From: a virus
Length of the DNA: 64,000 nucleotides
IMG/VR virus record: IMGVR_UViG_3300008448_000023
Span: 1-64,000 of that record
Direction: 5' to 3' (one strand)
Position 1 is the stretch's first letter; every line of letters starts with the position of its first letter. Under the pieces are notes generated by a model, which saw nothing but the letters and a program-made list of their open reading frames with translations, did not search any database and was not told the origin of the DNA. Shown one piece after another: positions 6,972 through 16,943 of the stretch. The translations under genes were made by a program, and so were the position numbers.

Positions 6972-8735
6972 TTATGCCAAATCTACGTCAGTATTGTATT
7001 GTGTAAAGCCGTTTTCTTTGATCACTTTGAGAATGTTCTCAACACGACCAGCTAGTTCGTCTTTGTGACTCACAAGCCAGATACTCTTGTGGCGTTCGCG
7101 ACTCATCTTCTTCAACAAGCCCAGACCGTTTTCTACACCCTGTGTGTCCAGACCATTGTCCATGAGCTCGTCGATGAACAGCAAGTTGATGGGATGATAT
7201 AGGCTTTCCCAAACATCGCGGAATGCCCAGCTCATTGAAAGTATCAATCGGGTACGTTCGCCGCGACTCAAGTTATCAAAGTCCAGTTCTCGACCCAGTT
7301 CTTCAATGCTCACAGAAAGATCATTCTGGAACTTTACTGTGTGTGGAAGACCAATACGATCCAAGTAGTGTGTGAGACGTTGATTGAGATAGCTCAAGTT
7401 TTGGTCAATGATTTTCTTGCGCACAAAGCTGTCTTTTGATGTTAACAGTTTTAGCAAGAAGTCTTGATGCTCTTGCAGCCTGGTAAGATCATTCAGTGTA
7501 TCGTAGCTTACTGTCTGTAGAGCTTGGCCTTGCATGTCAGAAATTTGTTCGCCATACGGGTCTACCTCATTTTGACGAGTTTCTAGACTGTTTTTAAGTG
7601 TGCTCAAAGTATTGCGATGGTTTAGTGCATTTTCCAAGGTATCGTAGAACACAATGGGTGCTGTGCCCAACGGACCCAGTTTGGACAATGTGTCTTGATG
7701 TTCTTGCCTTTGAGTATCATTGGCCAGGAGTTGCAGTGCAATTTCCTGTAGGCTTTTTTCGCGATCAGCACGAACTTTGTCTAAACTGTTGTCGTGTATC
7801 TCTGTACCACAAGCAAAACACCGATGTTGTTGGATCTCTTTAAGATCTTTGTCTAGTTGTTGTTTTTGTTTTTGTAGCTTGATGTCGTCAGTGGCAATTT
7901 GTCGTATCCAAAGATTCAAGTCATCAATGGATTTTTTCTTGACGTGATAGGCGTCAAGATCACGATGGGCCTGGATTTCAACGTCAATGTTGATGTGTTC
8001 TAGGTCTGTGATAGCTTGTGCAAAATTTGCACAATCCTCAGTTTGTTTTTTCAACCAAAGTGTCTGGCGCTTGCGCAGGCTTTCTATCTGCTCTTCAATG
8101 CGCTTGTTGGCTTCTTGTACTGCACGAATGCGAAATTCTTCTTGCGAGATAGCATCCTTGGTTTGTCGATTTAACTCTTTGACACGATCTGCACGTTCGC
8201 TGAGTTGCGTAATACCCAACAACTGTTCAATGATGATTCTTTGTTCATTGGCTTTCAGACTCAGGAACGGTTCGGTATAAGTGTTCAGAGCCAGTACATG
8301 TTTAAACATGTCATGACTCATACCTAGTATATGCTCAATAGCATCCTGCGTTTCTCTGCTGTCACCTTGTGCTTCATCAGTAGCAGACTGTTCTTCGTTG
8401 TTGACGTAAAACTTCAGCACATTGGGTTTGCGTCCACGTTCAATCTTGTATTCTTTGCTGCCAACTGAAAAATCCAAACTCACCAACATGTGTTTAGCAT
8501 TGGTCTTGTTCACAAGATTGTCCTTGCGAATGTTTGACAGTGCATTGCCATACAAGGCATAGCTCAGTGCATTGATGATGGTGGTCTTACCAGTGCCGTT
8601 GCGACTGCCATCGCCACCTAGGTCAAGGTTCTCGCCTAGTACTAGAGTAAGGTCTCTGCGGTCAAAGTCAATGCCTTGTGTGGCATTGCCCACACTCATA
8701 AAGTTTTTTACAGTTAAATTTTTAAAACGAATCAA
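6972..8735 (-). CDS. gp46: Recombination endonuclease ATPase subunit (gp46/SbcC/Rad50-like)
   Basis: Walker A NGTGKTT, coiled coil with CFAC zinc hook, signature LSRGE, Walker B LLFIDE, H-loop VSH. Confidence 0.95.
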   Translation of the reverse strand: MIRFKNLTVKNFMSVGNATQGIDFDRRDLTLVLGENLDLGGDGSRNGTGKTTIINALSYALYGNALSNIRKDNLVNKTNAKHMLVSLDFSVGSKEYKIERGRKPNVLKFYVNNEEQSATDEAQGDSRETQDAIEHILGMSHDMFKHVLALNTYTEPFLSLKANEQRIIIEQLLGITQLSERADRVKELNRQTKDAISQEEFRIRAVQEANKRIEEQIESLRKRQTLWLKKQTEDCANFAQAITDLEHINIDVEIQAHRDLDAYHVKKKSIDDLNLWIRQIATDDIKLQKQKQQLDKDLKEIQQHRCFACGTEIHDNSLDKVRADREKSLQEIALQLLANDTQRQEHQDTLSKLGPLGTAPIVFYDTLENALNHRNTLSTLKNSLETRQNEVDPYGEQISDMQGQALQTVSYDTLNDLTRLQEHQDFLLKLLTSKDSFVRKKIIDQNLSYLNQRLTHYLDRIGLPHTVKFQNDLSVSIEELGRELDFDNLSRGERTRLILSMSWAFRDVWESLYHPINLLFIDELMDNGLDTQGVENGLGLLKKMSRERHKSIWLVSHKDELAGRVENILKVIKENGFTQYNTDVDLA

Positions 8736-8757
8736 TATCTACTCCGCAATAGTACAT

Positions 8758-8786
8758 AGTGTAGCAATTTTTAAGAAGTTAAGCAA
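8758..8786 (-). promoter_or_regulatory. Sigma70-like promoter for gp46
   Basis: TTGCTT-17 nt-TACACT with a TGn extension; GGAG RBS before the TTG start. Confidence 0.55.
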
Positions 8787-8795
8787 GTTTTTCGA

Positions 8796-10265
8796 TCATT
8801 TGCACTGTCTAAAATACCGCATCAATTTTTGTCTATCAATTTTTCTACTTACAGTGTACTCGATTGGATTAAGATGCCTGGCAATTTTGTTAACCTTGAC
8901 ATGGTCAAAATGCCTGTCAAGGTACTGCAAAAACTCATGCTCGGCAGATTGACTTGGCGCCCATACGCTGAGATACAACTGTTGTTCTTCGTTGTCGATT
9001 ACAACTGTAGCTCCGTCTACGCCAAACAAATCATGAACCATCTTGTCAATGTCACCAAGATTTATCCACTCGTCACCAATTCTGAAATTAGTACCGCGGC
9101 CGTAAAAATAATAGTCGTTGTTTATTTTTTCAAATTTATCTGAACTGGTCTTCCACTGAGTTTCTCCTAGACCAAGAGCTCTAACATAGAGAAAACCGTC
9201 AATGATATCAAATTCAAAAAAATCATCTAGCTGTGGCCCAATGCGATTGGTAATATATTTGTCAGGATCAGTGTCTTGGTCAACGACCTTGACCAAAAAT
9301 CCATATCCAATGGTAGTATCACCAAATACATTTCGAATTGATGCAATATTTTTTTCTTGCATGAGTCGAACACATTGTTCGTTGACATAGAACAACGTAA
9401 CAATATCCAAATTAAAATCAATCTTTGGAGTCTGTTCTAAGAAATTGATTAGTTTTTCTGAGCTATAGAGTAAGATTTTGTTGATCTGATGGTCAGTCAC
9501 ATATTTGCACAAATTTTTGTAGTAATTTGAATCAGGATAATGGTTAAACACGTAGTGGTTTTTGCTTGTTATAAAACTAGGCAAAAAGTGATAACACATA
9601 CTAGCACCGTGATGTAAATTATTGGTATGTAAAGTGTTTTCGTTGGGTTGAAAATTCAAATGTTTACACAGTCGCAGAGTTTGCAAAACAATTTCCTGAT
9701 GAGTAATTTTGATTTGTCGCGGCAATCCAGTGGTCCCGCCTGTGGCAGTCCACACAGCATCTACATCGGGAGTTGCAAACGCAGTATTGAGTATTCTCGA
9801 TACTAGACTATGATTTTGAATTTGATAGTTGTCAAAGTCTTGTTCAGTTATTATGACATTGCAATTGAGTCGATTCCGTTCGTGATCCCAGAAAGAATAG
9901 AAATCTTTGTCGTTGGGATCAGTTTGTCTGCTGTAAACTATGGCAAAATCAACTTTACCGTGCATGGTCATTCTATGACTAGTTGCATCTTCCAAACTGT
10001 AAGCATGCGGCCAATCTACAATCATGATCATGCCTAATTCCCACACAGCAAAAACTGCACTATAGTAGTATGCGTTGGTGAGATTAAATTCTAACATCAC
10101 TGTCTGCCCTGGCCGAGCCTTGTATTTTTCTACCAGCAGTATTTTCCAGTAGTCAATCATCTCACAGAATTCATCTCTGTCGATTTGAAAAATTTCTCCT
10201 GTGTTTAGATTTTCTTGGTGCAGAACAAAGTCTGCAGATATTAGATTCCTCGAAAGAATGTTCAT
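8796..10265 (-). CDS. Adenylate-forming (ANL/AMP-binding) enzyme, acyl-CoA synthetase-like
   Basis: P-loop TATGGTTGLPR (cf. TSGTTGxPK), FGDTT, WKTSSD, YFYGRG hinge, C-terminal RKIDR lysine motif. Confidence 0.75.
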   Translation of the reverse strand: MNILSRNLISADFVLHQENLNTGEIFQIDRDEFCEMIDYWKILLVEKYKARPGQTVMLEFNLTNAYYYSAVFAVWELGMIMIVDWPHAYSLEDATSHRMTMHGKVDFAIVYSRQTDPNDKDFYSFWDHERNRLNCNVIITEQDFDNYQIQNHSLVSRILNTAFATPDVDAVWTATGGTTGLPRQIKITHQEIVLQTLRLCKHLNFQPNENTLHTNNLHHGASMCYHFLPSFITSKNHYVFNHYPDSNYYKNLCKYVTDHQINKILLYSSEKLINFLEQTPKIDFNLDIVTLFYVNEQCVRLMQEKNIASIRNVFGDTTIGYGFLVKVVDQDTDPDKYITNRIGPQLDDFFEFDIIDGFLYVRALGLGETQWKTSSDKFEKINNDYYFYGRGTNFRIGDEWINLGDIDKMVHDLFGVDGATVVIDNEEQQLYLSVWAPSQSAEHEFLQYLDRHFDHVKVNKIARHLNPIEYTVSRKIDRQKLMRYFRQCK

Positions 10266-11206
10266 TGTTGCGAGCTAATGTTAAATTTGGAAATAATTGC
10301 GTTGTACTGTGTTTGATCGTTCTTGACTTTTTGTTTAAAATTGTTCAACGACATGGTGTGTAAAGAAATGTAGTCAAATCTTGACATAGTTTCTTGTACC
10401 CGTTGATCTTTTACTGCGTCACGTAGATCTCTTTCCAGTTGTTCTTTTACTGCTCGGGGAGCAGAGCTTGGCACATAAAAAGCACACCATGCAATTAGAG
10501 TAGTGATATTTTTACCAGTTAGTTCTTTTACTGTTGGAATGTTAGGATAGCGAGAATCTCGTTGCTCGGCAGCAATAGCAAACCATTTGTTTTTGCCAGC
10601 TTGGACCATGCTTTTGGTTGTTCCGGTACTGCCAAATCCATATGCTACTTGTTTGGTAGAAATATCAGCTTGCCAAGTACCAAAATCTTTATAAGGTACG
10701 TGAGTGGCCTTGTCTGTGAACAACAAACCATATTCAGCTCCTAATATATGACCCACTGAACCAATGTTCCAAGAGCTATAGGAAGGATTTTTCAAAATTT
10801 CTTGTTTAAGATCGTTGTAGGTCTGAATGCTAGCTGATGCAAACAAAGCCATGTTAGCGTCCAATACTGGAGCAACAGGTTCCAATCGACTAATAGGTTC
10901 GCTGTTCTTGAACAAAGAAGAATATGCAACCACAGTGCCGCCGTCTAAAAAACCAATGGTGTAGCCGTCAGTGGGTTGATCATTGATATGATTCAACCCA
11001 ATAACTCCAGCGCCCCCGGGTTTGTTTTCTACAATCACAGGTTGTTTCCATTTTTCAGTTAGGACTTCAGAAATTTTTCTTGCCATGACATCAGGACCTG
11101 AGCCTACTCCAACTGACAAGACAATTTTCACAGGTTTCTCGGGCCATGTTTGTGCATTAACAGCAAGAGTTGCAGTCAATGATAGAAGTGATAAAAATTT
11201 TTTCAT
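10262..11206 (-). CDS. tctC: Tripartite tricarboxylate transporter substrate-binding protein (Bug/TctC)
   Basis: Signal peptide, WPEKPVKIV...G.GPDVMAR, VIVENKPGGAGVIG, DGYT, HVPYK, PNIPTVKE. Confidence 0.9.
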   Translation of the reverse strand: MKKFLSLLSLTATLAVNAQTWPEKPVKIVLSVGVGSGPDVMARKISEVLTEKWKQPVIVENKPGGAGVIGLNHINDQPTDGYTIGFLDGGTVVAYSSLFKNSEPISRLEPVAPVLDANMALFASASIQTYNDLKQEILKNPSYSSWNIGSVGHILGAEYGLLFTDKATHVPYKDFGTWQADISTKQVAYGFGSTGTTKSMVQAGKNKWFAIAAEQRDSRYPNIPTVKELTGKNITTLIAWCAFYVPSSAPRAVKEQLERDLRDAVKDQRVQETMSRFDYISLHTMSLNNFKQKVKNDQTQYNAIISKFNISSQQ

Positions 11207-11218
11207 TTGATTTTTCCT

Positions 11219-12235
11219 TTAGAGATTTTGATAAATCTTCAGCAACAGTTTGTTGTCGTAAAATTCAGATTCAATGTTGGTGAGCTGGTCTGTCACAATT
11301 TGATCCACTGATTCGAACTTAACATCACCAGGAGCCATGTCTTCGTCTACACCTACAGCTTTGTTTGGAATCAGGGCCATCTCACGCAGGGTGTAGTCCC
11401 GCACAAAAGTTTCTTTGATGAAGTTGGCTTCTTCGTATGAAATCTCAATGTCTAAGTTAACTCTAACATGCATCTTGGGTCGAAGCAGAGACGCAGCGTT
11501 GTCGATAAGATTTGCAAGGCCGTAAACCCTGTAGGTAGGCTGATCGGGCCAAGCATGATATACTGGATCTTTGCCCCATTCTAACACAGCGAGTCCGCGT
11601 TCGTCGTCACCGGCGTCTGCGTAGTTGTGAGGGAACGCATTTCCAATGTAGGTGATATTCTTTTTAGTCTGGCGTTTGTGAAAGTGCCCAGTGAACACAT
11701 GACCAAAGCCTCCAAGATCTTCGCGACGAATTTCGCCATGATCCGGCATCTCTACCATGGCATTCATCAGGTAACCGGGCAGTTCAAAGTGTCCAAACAG
11801 GTAATCGCCTTTTAGTTTGGCCAAGCGTCGATGATCGTCCCCACATAACCAAGGGGCAATAGTGACATTACCATCGCTGAACCAATCATTGCAGATTTCC
11901 ACACGAGGGAGGTGCTTCGCCCACTCCACGCTTTGAATGTCACGTTTATCGCGATAATATAGATCGTGGTTACCAGGAATAAAATACACACGTTCAAAGT
12001 TGTCATTCATGTGCTCCAGGGCTCGTAGGCTGTAGTTCAGGGTGACAATGTTCAGACTAGCACGATTGTTGTGCCAGTCGCCTAGGAACAAACAGGTTTC
12101 ACAACCCTCTTGCTTGGCTTTTTCGGTAGCCCACTTCACAAAAGCCAAACAGTCTTCGTTGTGAACGGTGCTGTTTGACTTGAGCCCAAAATGTATGTCT
12201 GTGAAGATTGCGGCTTTTTTAAATAGATTACTCAT
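11219..12235 (-). CDS. gp47: Recombination endonuclease nuclease subunit (gp47/SbcD/Mre11-like)
   Basis: Metallophosphoesterase motifs DIHFG, LGD, GNHD, GH, GHFH. Confidence 0.95.
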   Translation of the reverse strand: MSNLFKKAAIFTDIHFGLKSNSTVHNEDCLAFVKWATEKAKQEGCETCLFLGDWHNNRASLNIVTLNYSLRALEHMNDNFERVYFIPGNHDLYYRDKRDIQSVEWAKHLPRVEICNDWFSDGNVTIAPWLCGDDHRRLAKLKGDYLFGHFELPGYLMNAMVEMPDHGEIRREDLGGFGHVFTGHFHKRQTKKNITYIGNAFPHNYADAGDDERGLAVLEWGKDPVYHAWPDQPTYRVYGLANLIDNAASLLRPKMHVRVNLDIEISYEEANFIKETFVRDYTLREMALIPNKAVGVDEDMAPGDVKFESVDQIVTDQLTNIESEFYDNKLLLKIYQNL

Positions 12236-12241
12236 CTACTG

Positions 12242-12270
12242 ATTATACTACTCATCTAGACTAGAAACAA
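12242..12270 (-). promoter_or_regulatory. Sigma70-like promoter for gp47, probably leaderless
   Basis: TTGTTT-17 nt-TATAAT; the -10 box ends 6 nt before the ATG. Confidence 0.5.
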
Positions 12271-13144
12271 CCGGTCCGGACATTTCTGCTGCACTCTTAC
12301 CGCCGGCATTTTGACGAGTCCATGATGGGTTCAGGCCGTTGATTTCCAGGATGTCATCTCGTATGTTTTGCATTTTCTTCTCAATGTTGAGAATACGAGT
12401 AAAACTGTTGGTGATTGCGGCGGTATAGTAAGCGAATGGGTTCTGGCTTTTTGATTCGTCGAATTGTAGACCAATTTGACTGAGTTGAAGAAGAGCTTGT
12501 CCGCGCATTTCCTCGTTGTAGGTGTAGCCACGCCAGTTTGATCTTGTGGCATAGCGTTCACACAGTTTCATAAACATCATAGCAAGCTTGCGGGTCATGT
12601 TGCCGTGTTCTCTCGAAAACTCGCCAGTTTCTAAATCGCCCCGCCAATGACTACGGCCAACCAGATAGGGATTTTTATCTTCATCTATGCGATAGTGTTC
12701 AAACGGCGGGAAATTCAATCTTACATAGTTCATGTCCAGCACCGGAACCTCTACTAGGTCATCCAAGGGGTCTGTTTCGACATCGTCTAGTTCAAAGATT
12801 TCATCCAGTTTCTTTTTCTTTTGCTCAGCTTTGGTAAGTTTTTTAGGTGCTTTGGGAATGTGATCCCAACAGGTAATACGAAACACTAGATCAGTGTTGG
12901 CAATTTTCTTCTGATCAATTACTTCGCCTGTTTCGCGCTTGATGCGGTCTGCACGGTTCTTACGTGCTTCAACCACAGTGCGTTGATTGATTTTGTCTAC
13001 GCTGGGCAGTATCAAATCAAATTGATGATCCAATACTCTATCTCTGTACCAACAGTAGGTATTTTTACTGAGGTGAATTTCTTTGAGAATGTCTCGATTG
13101 TTAAGGTAGTTGACCTTGGCAGGGGTTTTTGTTAGTAATGTCAT
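12248..13144 (-). CDS. gp55: Late-transcription sigma factor (gp55-like)
   Basis: VNYLNNRDIL, YATRSNWRGYTYNEEM, FDESKSQNPFAYYT...NSFTRILNIEKK. T4-like gp55-gp47-gp46 synteny. Start set at ATG 13144, downstream of a promoter. Confidence 0.85.
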   Translation of the reverse strand: MTLLTKTPAKVNYLNNRDILKEIHLSKNTYCWYRDRVLDHQFDLILPSVDKINQRTVVEARKNRADRIKRETGEVIDQKKIANTDLVFRITCWDHIPKAPKKLTKAEQKKKKLDEIFELDDVETDPLDDLVEVPVLDMNYVRLNFPPFEHYRIDEDKNPYLVGRSHWRGDLETGEFSREHGNMTRKLAMMFMKLCERYATRSNWRGYTYNEEMRGQALLQLSQIGLQFDESKSQNPFAYYTAAITNSFTRILNIEKKMQNIRDDILEINGLNPSWTRQNAGGKSAAEMSGPVVSSLDE

Positions 13145-13154
13145 AGATGTATGT

Positions 13155-13182
13155 ATTGTAGCATTTACGCAACAGTTGTCAA
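13155..13182 (-). promoter_or_regulatory. Strong sigma70-like promoter for gp55
   Basis: TTGACA-16 nt-TACAAT with a TGn extended -10. Confidence 0.7.
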
Positions 13183-13191
13183 CCAGAATTT

Positions 13192-13199
13192 GGTAAATA
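13192..13199 (+). promoter_or_regulatory. Late promoter variant GGTAAATA
   Basis: Shares the TAAATA core with other sites before structural genes; AGGAG RBS downstream. Confidence 0.5.
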
Positions 13200-13217
13200 T
13201 GGTAAACAGGAGCCATT

Positions 13218-14117
13218 ATGCTTACAGCACCGGACTATTACTATTATCAACAACAGCAACAGGCAAACGCCTACAATGCTTATATTCAACAACAGCAACA
13301 AGCCCAGCAACAAGCCCAGCAACAGGCCTATCTGCAACAACAAGCCTATCTTGCACAACAACAAGCATACTATGCTTATCAAGCTCAACAGCAACAAATT
13401 GCGCAACAACAAGCCTATCAACAGTATTTACAACAGCAACAACTGGCCGCGCAACAAGCAGCTCAAGCAGCCGAACAGGCTCGTCAGTCTGCTGAAAACG
13501 CCGCTATTGAACAGGCTCGTGCTGCCCAGGCCGCACAGGTCGCTGCTATTCAGGCCGCTGCCCTGGCTGCTCAAGACATACTGGCTGCGCAGACTGCACA
13601 GGCTGCACAAGCCGCTCAAGATTTGGCAGCCGCACAGATACAGGCACAAATTGCTGCACAACAGTCAGCTGCCGCTGCCGCTGCTGCCGCGCAACAACAA
13701 CAACAATTACAACTGGCATTGCAGGCACAAGGACAAGAACAATTTGCTGCTTCGGTGGCTGTGGCTGTAGGACAAGCATCCAACAGTGTGACAGCCAGCA
13801 TTGAACAAGCTCAGGTAGCTGCTGGTCGTACTCTGTTTTTGATTGATGTGTCTGACATAGTGGTCACTCAACCTGAACAGAGCTTCTATTCAGATCCGCA
13901 GTACACAGCGCAACAACCAGTAAACGTGCGAATTGGACCCACTTCCACAGTATATGATCCCAGTGTGCCCACGGTTACAACATCAGCTGCAACCACAGGA
14001 TCAGTAAACACCAACTACAGTATAAATGTTGGATCAGATTACAATCTGGCTTTGCAACAGCTGGACAACCAAATCTACGCAGGACCTGCGGTTAGACTAA
14101 CACCTGTTGCAGTGTAA
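13218..14117 (+). CDS. Gln/Ala/Tyr-rich low-complexity protein
   Basis: 299-aa ORF with AGGAG RBS. Repeated QQQAY units, then an Ala/Gln helical tract and a Thr/Ser/Val-rich tail. Confidence 0.65.
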   Translation: MLTAPDYYYYQQQQQANAYNAYIQQQQQAQQQAQQQAYLQQQAYLAQQQAYYAYQAQQQQIAQQQAYQQYLQQQQLAAQQAAQAAEQARQSAENAAIEQARAAQAAQVAAIQAAALAAQDILAAQTAQAAQAAQDLAAAQIQAQIAAQQSAAAAAAAAQQQQQLQLALQAQGQEQFAASVAVAVGQASNSVTASIEQAQVAAGRTLFLIDVSDIVVTQPEQSFYSDPQYTAQQPVNVRIGPTSTVYDPSVPTVTTSAATTGSVNTNYSINVGSDYNLALQQLDNQIYAGPAVRLTPVAV

Positions 14118-14144
14118 TCAGTTATCTACGCCTTTTTTGTTTTG

Positions 14145-14152
14145 AGTAAATA
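14145..14152 (+). promoter_or_regulatory. Late promoter variant AGTAAATA
   Basis: TAAATA core about 20 nt before the ATG at 14173. Confidence 0.5.
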
Positions 14153-14172
14153 ACATATAAAGGTCAGTAGAT

Positions 14173-16638
14173 ATGCCATGGATAACAATTGAAGCCGGTG
14201 AAGGATATATAAACGTTTGGGAAGAAGACCCCAAACCGACGCCTGTATCTGCGGCCTCAGATCCTGAATTACCGCAACCAGATCCCCCACCACCTGCTCC
14301 AACAGCGACCAGCACCACTGCATCCAACAATGCTGCTACCACAGGCAACGGCACATCAACGCCAGCAGGAGATCAGTCAGGACCGACAGCTACCACCAGC
14401 ACGGCAGATATTACTGCGCAGATTCGCGGCGAATTGTCTGGCGGTCCGCAAAATCAGGGCTATCTAAATCTAATTCTCAACAAATACAGCGCAGAAGATT
14501 TGGCACGAGCATATCCTGAGTTTGGTAATGCTGAGGATTATCGAGTTGCAAAAAATGGCTTGCCCAAGGATCTCATAGTGCCAGGAAGCTTGGACGCCGA
14601 AGGCCGACTACAACTAGTTCAAGGCACTCCTGAGTTTATTCGAGCAGAACAGCTTTCAAGACAAGCCAGCCGCGACGCTATACGAAAAGCAGCCATTGCC
14701 AATGGATTTCCGCCTGATGCAGCAATTCCTACCACCGGCGACATCAACGGCCGGGTTTATATTACGCTAGAAAATGGTAAAAATATTGACATCACTGACT
14801 ACTTTGAAGGCAACCCAAAGCCTCCAGTGAATATACCTCTCAATGTGGCCACATACGGCACTTCTACAGTGACTACTCCGTTTAGAGAAGTAGAAATAAC
14901 AGCTCTGCCTGCAGTATCTATAACTGTGAACACTTCTGAAGGTGCAATAGTAGTTGATCCTAACTCTGAAACAGCTAGATTTATTCAGTGGCAAGGTTCT
15001 CAGCCTGGTATTGATGGACGCCCACTTAGAGAAACGTGGGCTCGACAAGGTATCTCTGATCCTTACAGCAATCCTGCAATTGTTGGTCAGGCGGTTAAAC
15101 AAATTGATCGTGCAGATGCGCGAACAGAACTGTTCAATCAAAGTGGAGTGACACCCCCGGCTGGACAAATTGCACCTTGGAACGATCCAAAATGGCCAGA
15201 ATATCAAGGCAGCAACCGAGAAGCCTACGCATCCGCTAGTGCAGCTCTCGCGGATGTTGATGTTAAAAATCAACTCAAAGCCGAAAACGGTTGGGACGAA
15301 GCCACTTTTCAAAGCTGGGCGTTGAGAGCTACCAATCCTGAAGAGTGGGGTCGTCAGGCTGCTGCTTATGATGCAGCCAACGGCATTGTAGTAGGACCAA
15401 GTTCAGGTGCAACCACTGCTCTATCAGCCAATGGTGCCACAGCGGTGACCACAACTGGCCAAGTCAACAGCCAGGGCTTTGCGGTGACTGCATATTCAGC
15501 AGTAAACAACGCCGCTGGTGCGGTTGATGCAGCGACTGGAGGATTGATTACCACAGGGGCAGGTGCTATTAACACAGCAACAAATATAGTTAATACAGCA
15601 ATACCTGTGGCCACAGCGGCACTGGCAGGTTTTGCTAGTGCCTCAGCCGCCGCTGATGCTGCACAGTCGCTGATCAGCGGAGCCGTTAAATCAGCAGTGG
15701 CATTGCCATCGTCGCTGAGTCCATTTGTGACTGCGGCCACTGATGCTTTTAGTGCCGCTGCCAGCACAGGATTGACCACAGTTGAAAACTTGTTTAGTGG
15801 TCAAGCGGCTACCTTGTTGTTGGCCAAAAATCAAGCCACTCTGCAGGCCAGAAACAACGAAGCGGCCACAGCCGATTGGCGAGTGCGATTGCAATTGGGG
15901 ACACAAGCTGACTATCTGTACAAGGATGCTGAACCTGGAATTTTGGCACCATTGTACGACACTGACGGTGTGATATTTCCCTACATGCCCACGATTGAAA
16001 CTTCCTATGCTGCCAACTATGACAAATTTGATCTCACGCATTCCAACTATCGCGGCTATTTTTACAAAGGCAGCAATGTCAATGACATCAATCTTCGTGC
16101 CACATTTACAGCACAAGACACACAGGAAGCTAACTACTTGTTGGCAGTGATACACTTTTTTAGATCAGTAACCAAGATGTTTTATGGCCAGGATGCGTAT
16201 CGTGGCGCACCACCGCCCTTGGTGTTTTTGAATGGACTGGGCAATTATCAGTTCAATGAACATCCTTGTTTTGTGTCTAATTTTAGTTACAGTTTGCCCA
16301 ACGATGTTGATTACATTCGAGCCCAGGCTCCCAACAACTACGGTAACTTGTTTAGCAAACGCGAACGCACTGGCAGCACCAGTGGAGGACTATTAGGCAG
16401 TGTAGCAACCAGATTGCTGGGTCTAGGAGTGTCTACCGTAAATCCAAGCATGCCCAATGTACCATCGCCGGGTATGATACAAAGCAATGTCACCAACATC
16501 AATGATGCCACTTATGTGCCTACCAAAATGGAAATCAACATTACTCTACTGCCAACAAACACTCGAGCTCAAGTCAGTCAACAGTTTAGCCTTACAGAGT
16601 TCGCCAATGGTAACCTGCTCAAAGGAGGATTCTGGTAA
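14173..16638 (+). CDS. Baseplate/tail-tube initiator-like protein (gp48/gp54-like C-terminal domain) with a long low-complexity N-terminus
   Basis: C-terminal DWRVRL...GVIFPYMPTI...THSNY...FTAQ...RSVTKMFYG...PPPLVFL...LPNDVDYI. Lies just before the gp53-like gene. Confidence 0.55.
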   Translation: MPWITIEAGEGYINVWEEDPKPTPVSAASDPELPQPDPPPPAPTATSTTASNNAATTGNGTSTPAGDQSGPTATTSTADITAQIRGELSGGPQNQGYLNLILNKYSAEDLARAYPEFGNAEDYRVAKNGLPKDLIVPGSLDAEGRLQLVQGTPEFIRAEQLSRQASRDAIRKAAIANGFPPDAAIPTTGDINGRVYITLENGKNIDITDYFEGNPKPPVNIPLNVATYGTSTVTTPFREVEITALPAVSITVNTSEGAIVVDPNSETARFIQWQGSQPGIDGRPLRETWARQGISDPYSNPAIVGQAVKQIDRADARTELFNQSGVTPPAGQIAPWNDPKWPEYQGSNREAYASASAALADVDVKNQLKAENGWDEATFQSWALRATNPEEWGRQAAAYDAANGIVVGPSSGATTALSANGATAVTTTGQVNSQGFAVTAYSAVNNAAGAVDAATGGLITTGAGAINTATNIVNTAIPVATAALAGFASASAAADAAQSLISGAVKSAVALPSSLSPFVTAATDAFSAAASTGLTTVENLFSGQAATLLLAKNQATLQARNNEAATADWRVRLQLGTQADYLYKDAEPGILAPLYDTDGVIFPYMPTIETSYAANYDKFDLTHSNYRGYFYKGSNVNDINLRATFTAQDTQEANYLLAVIHFFRSVTKMFYGQDAYRGAPPPLVFLNGLGNYQFNEHPCFVSNFSYSLPNDVDYIRAQAPNNYGNLFSKRERTGSTSGGLLGSVATRLLGLGVSTVNPSMPNVPSPGMIQSNVTNINDATYVPTKMEINITLLPTNTRAQVSQQFSLTEFANGNLLKGGFW

Positions 16639-16940
16639 TGGCTGCTATCTATAACACCGCTAGTCCTTATTATTCCACTGGGTTCACACAGTTCTACCTT
16701 GACGTCATGGTCAACCGGCCTATACCACGGGAAACTGATGATAAAGAAGTCATAATCAATCAAACCTATCAATACAGACCAGATCTCATGGCCTATGACT
16801 TTTATGGCGATGGCAGTTTGTGGTGGGTTTTTTATCAACGCAATCCTAATACATTGACTGCTCCAGTGATAGATTTTACAGCCGGCAAGAGAATTTTTGT
16901 GCCCAAAATTTCTGTGTTGCAACAAAGTCTTGGAATATAA
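16638..16940 (+). CDS. Baseplate wedge protein, gp53/LysM-like
   Basis: YQYRPDLMAYDFYGDGSLWWVFYQRN...DFTAGKRIFVP. Confidence 0.75.
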   Translation: MAAIYNTASPYYSTGFTQFYLDVMVNRPIPRETDDKEVIINQTYQYRPDLMAYDFYGDGSLWWVFYQRNPNTLTAPVIDFTAGKRIFVPKISVLQQSLGI

Positions 16941-16943
16941 TCA

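Noticed and set aside
13151-13801. Multiple overlapping ORFs over the Gln/Ala-rich gene
   Set aside because: CAA/GCN repeats lack stops in other frames; only the 13218 frame has an RBS.
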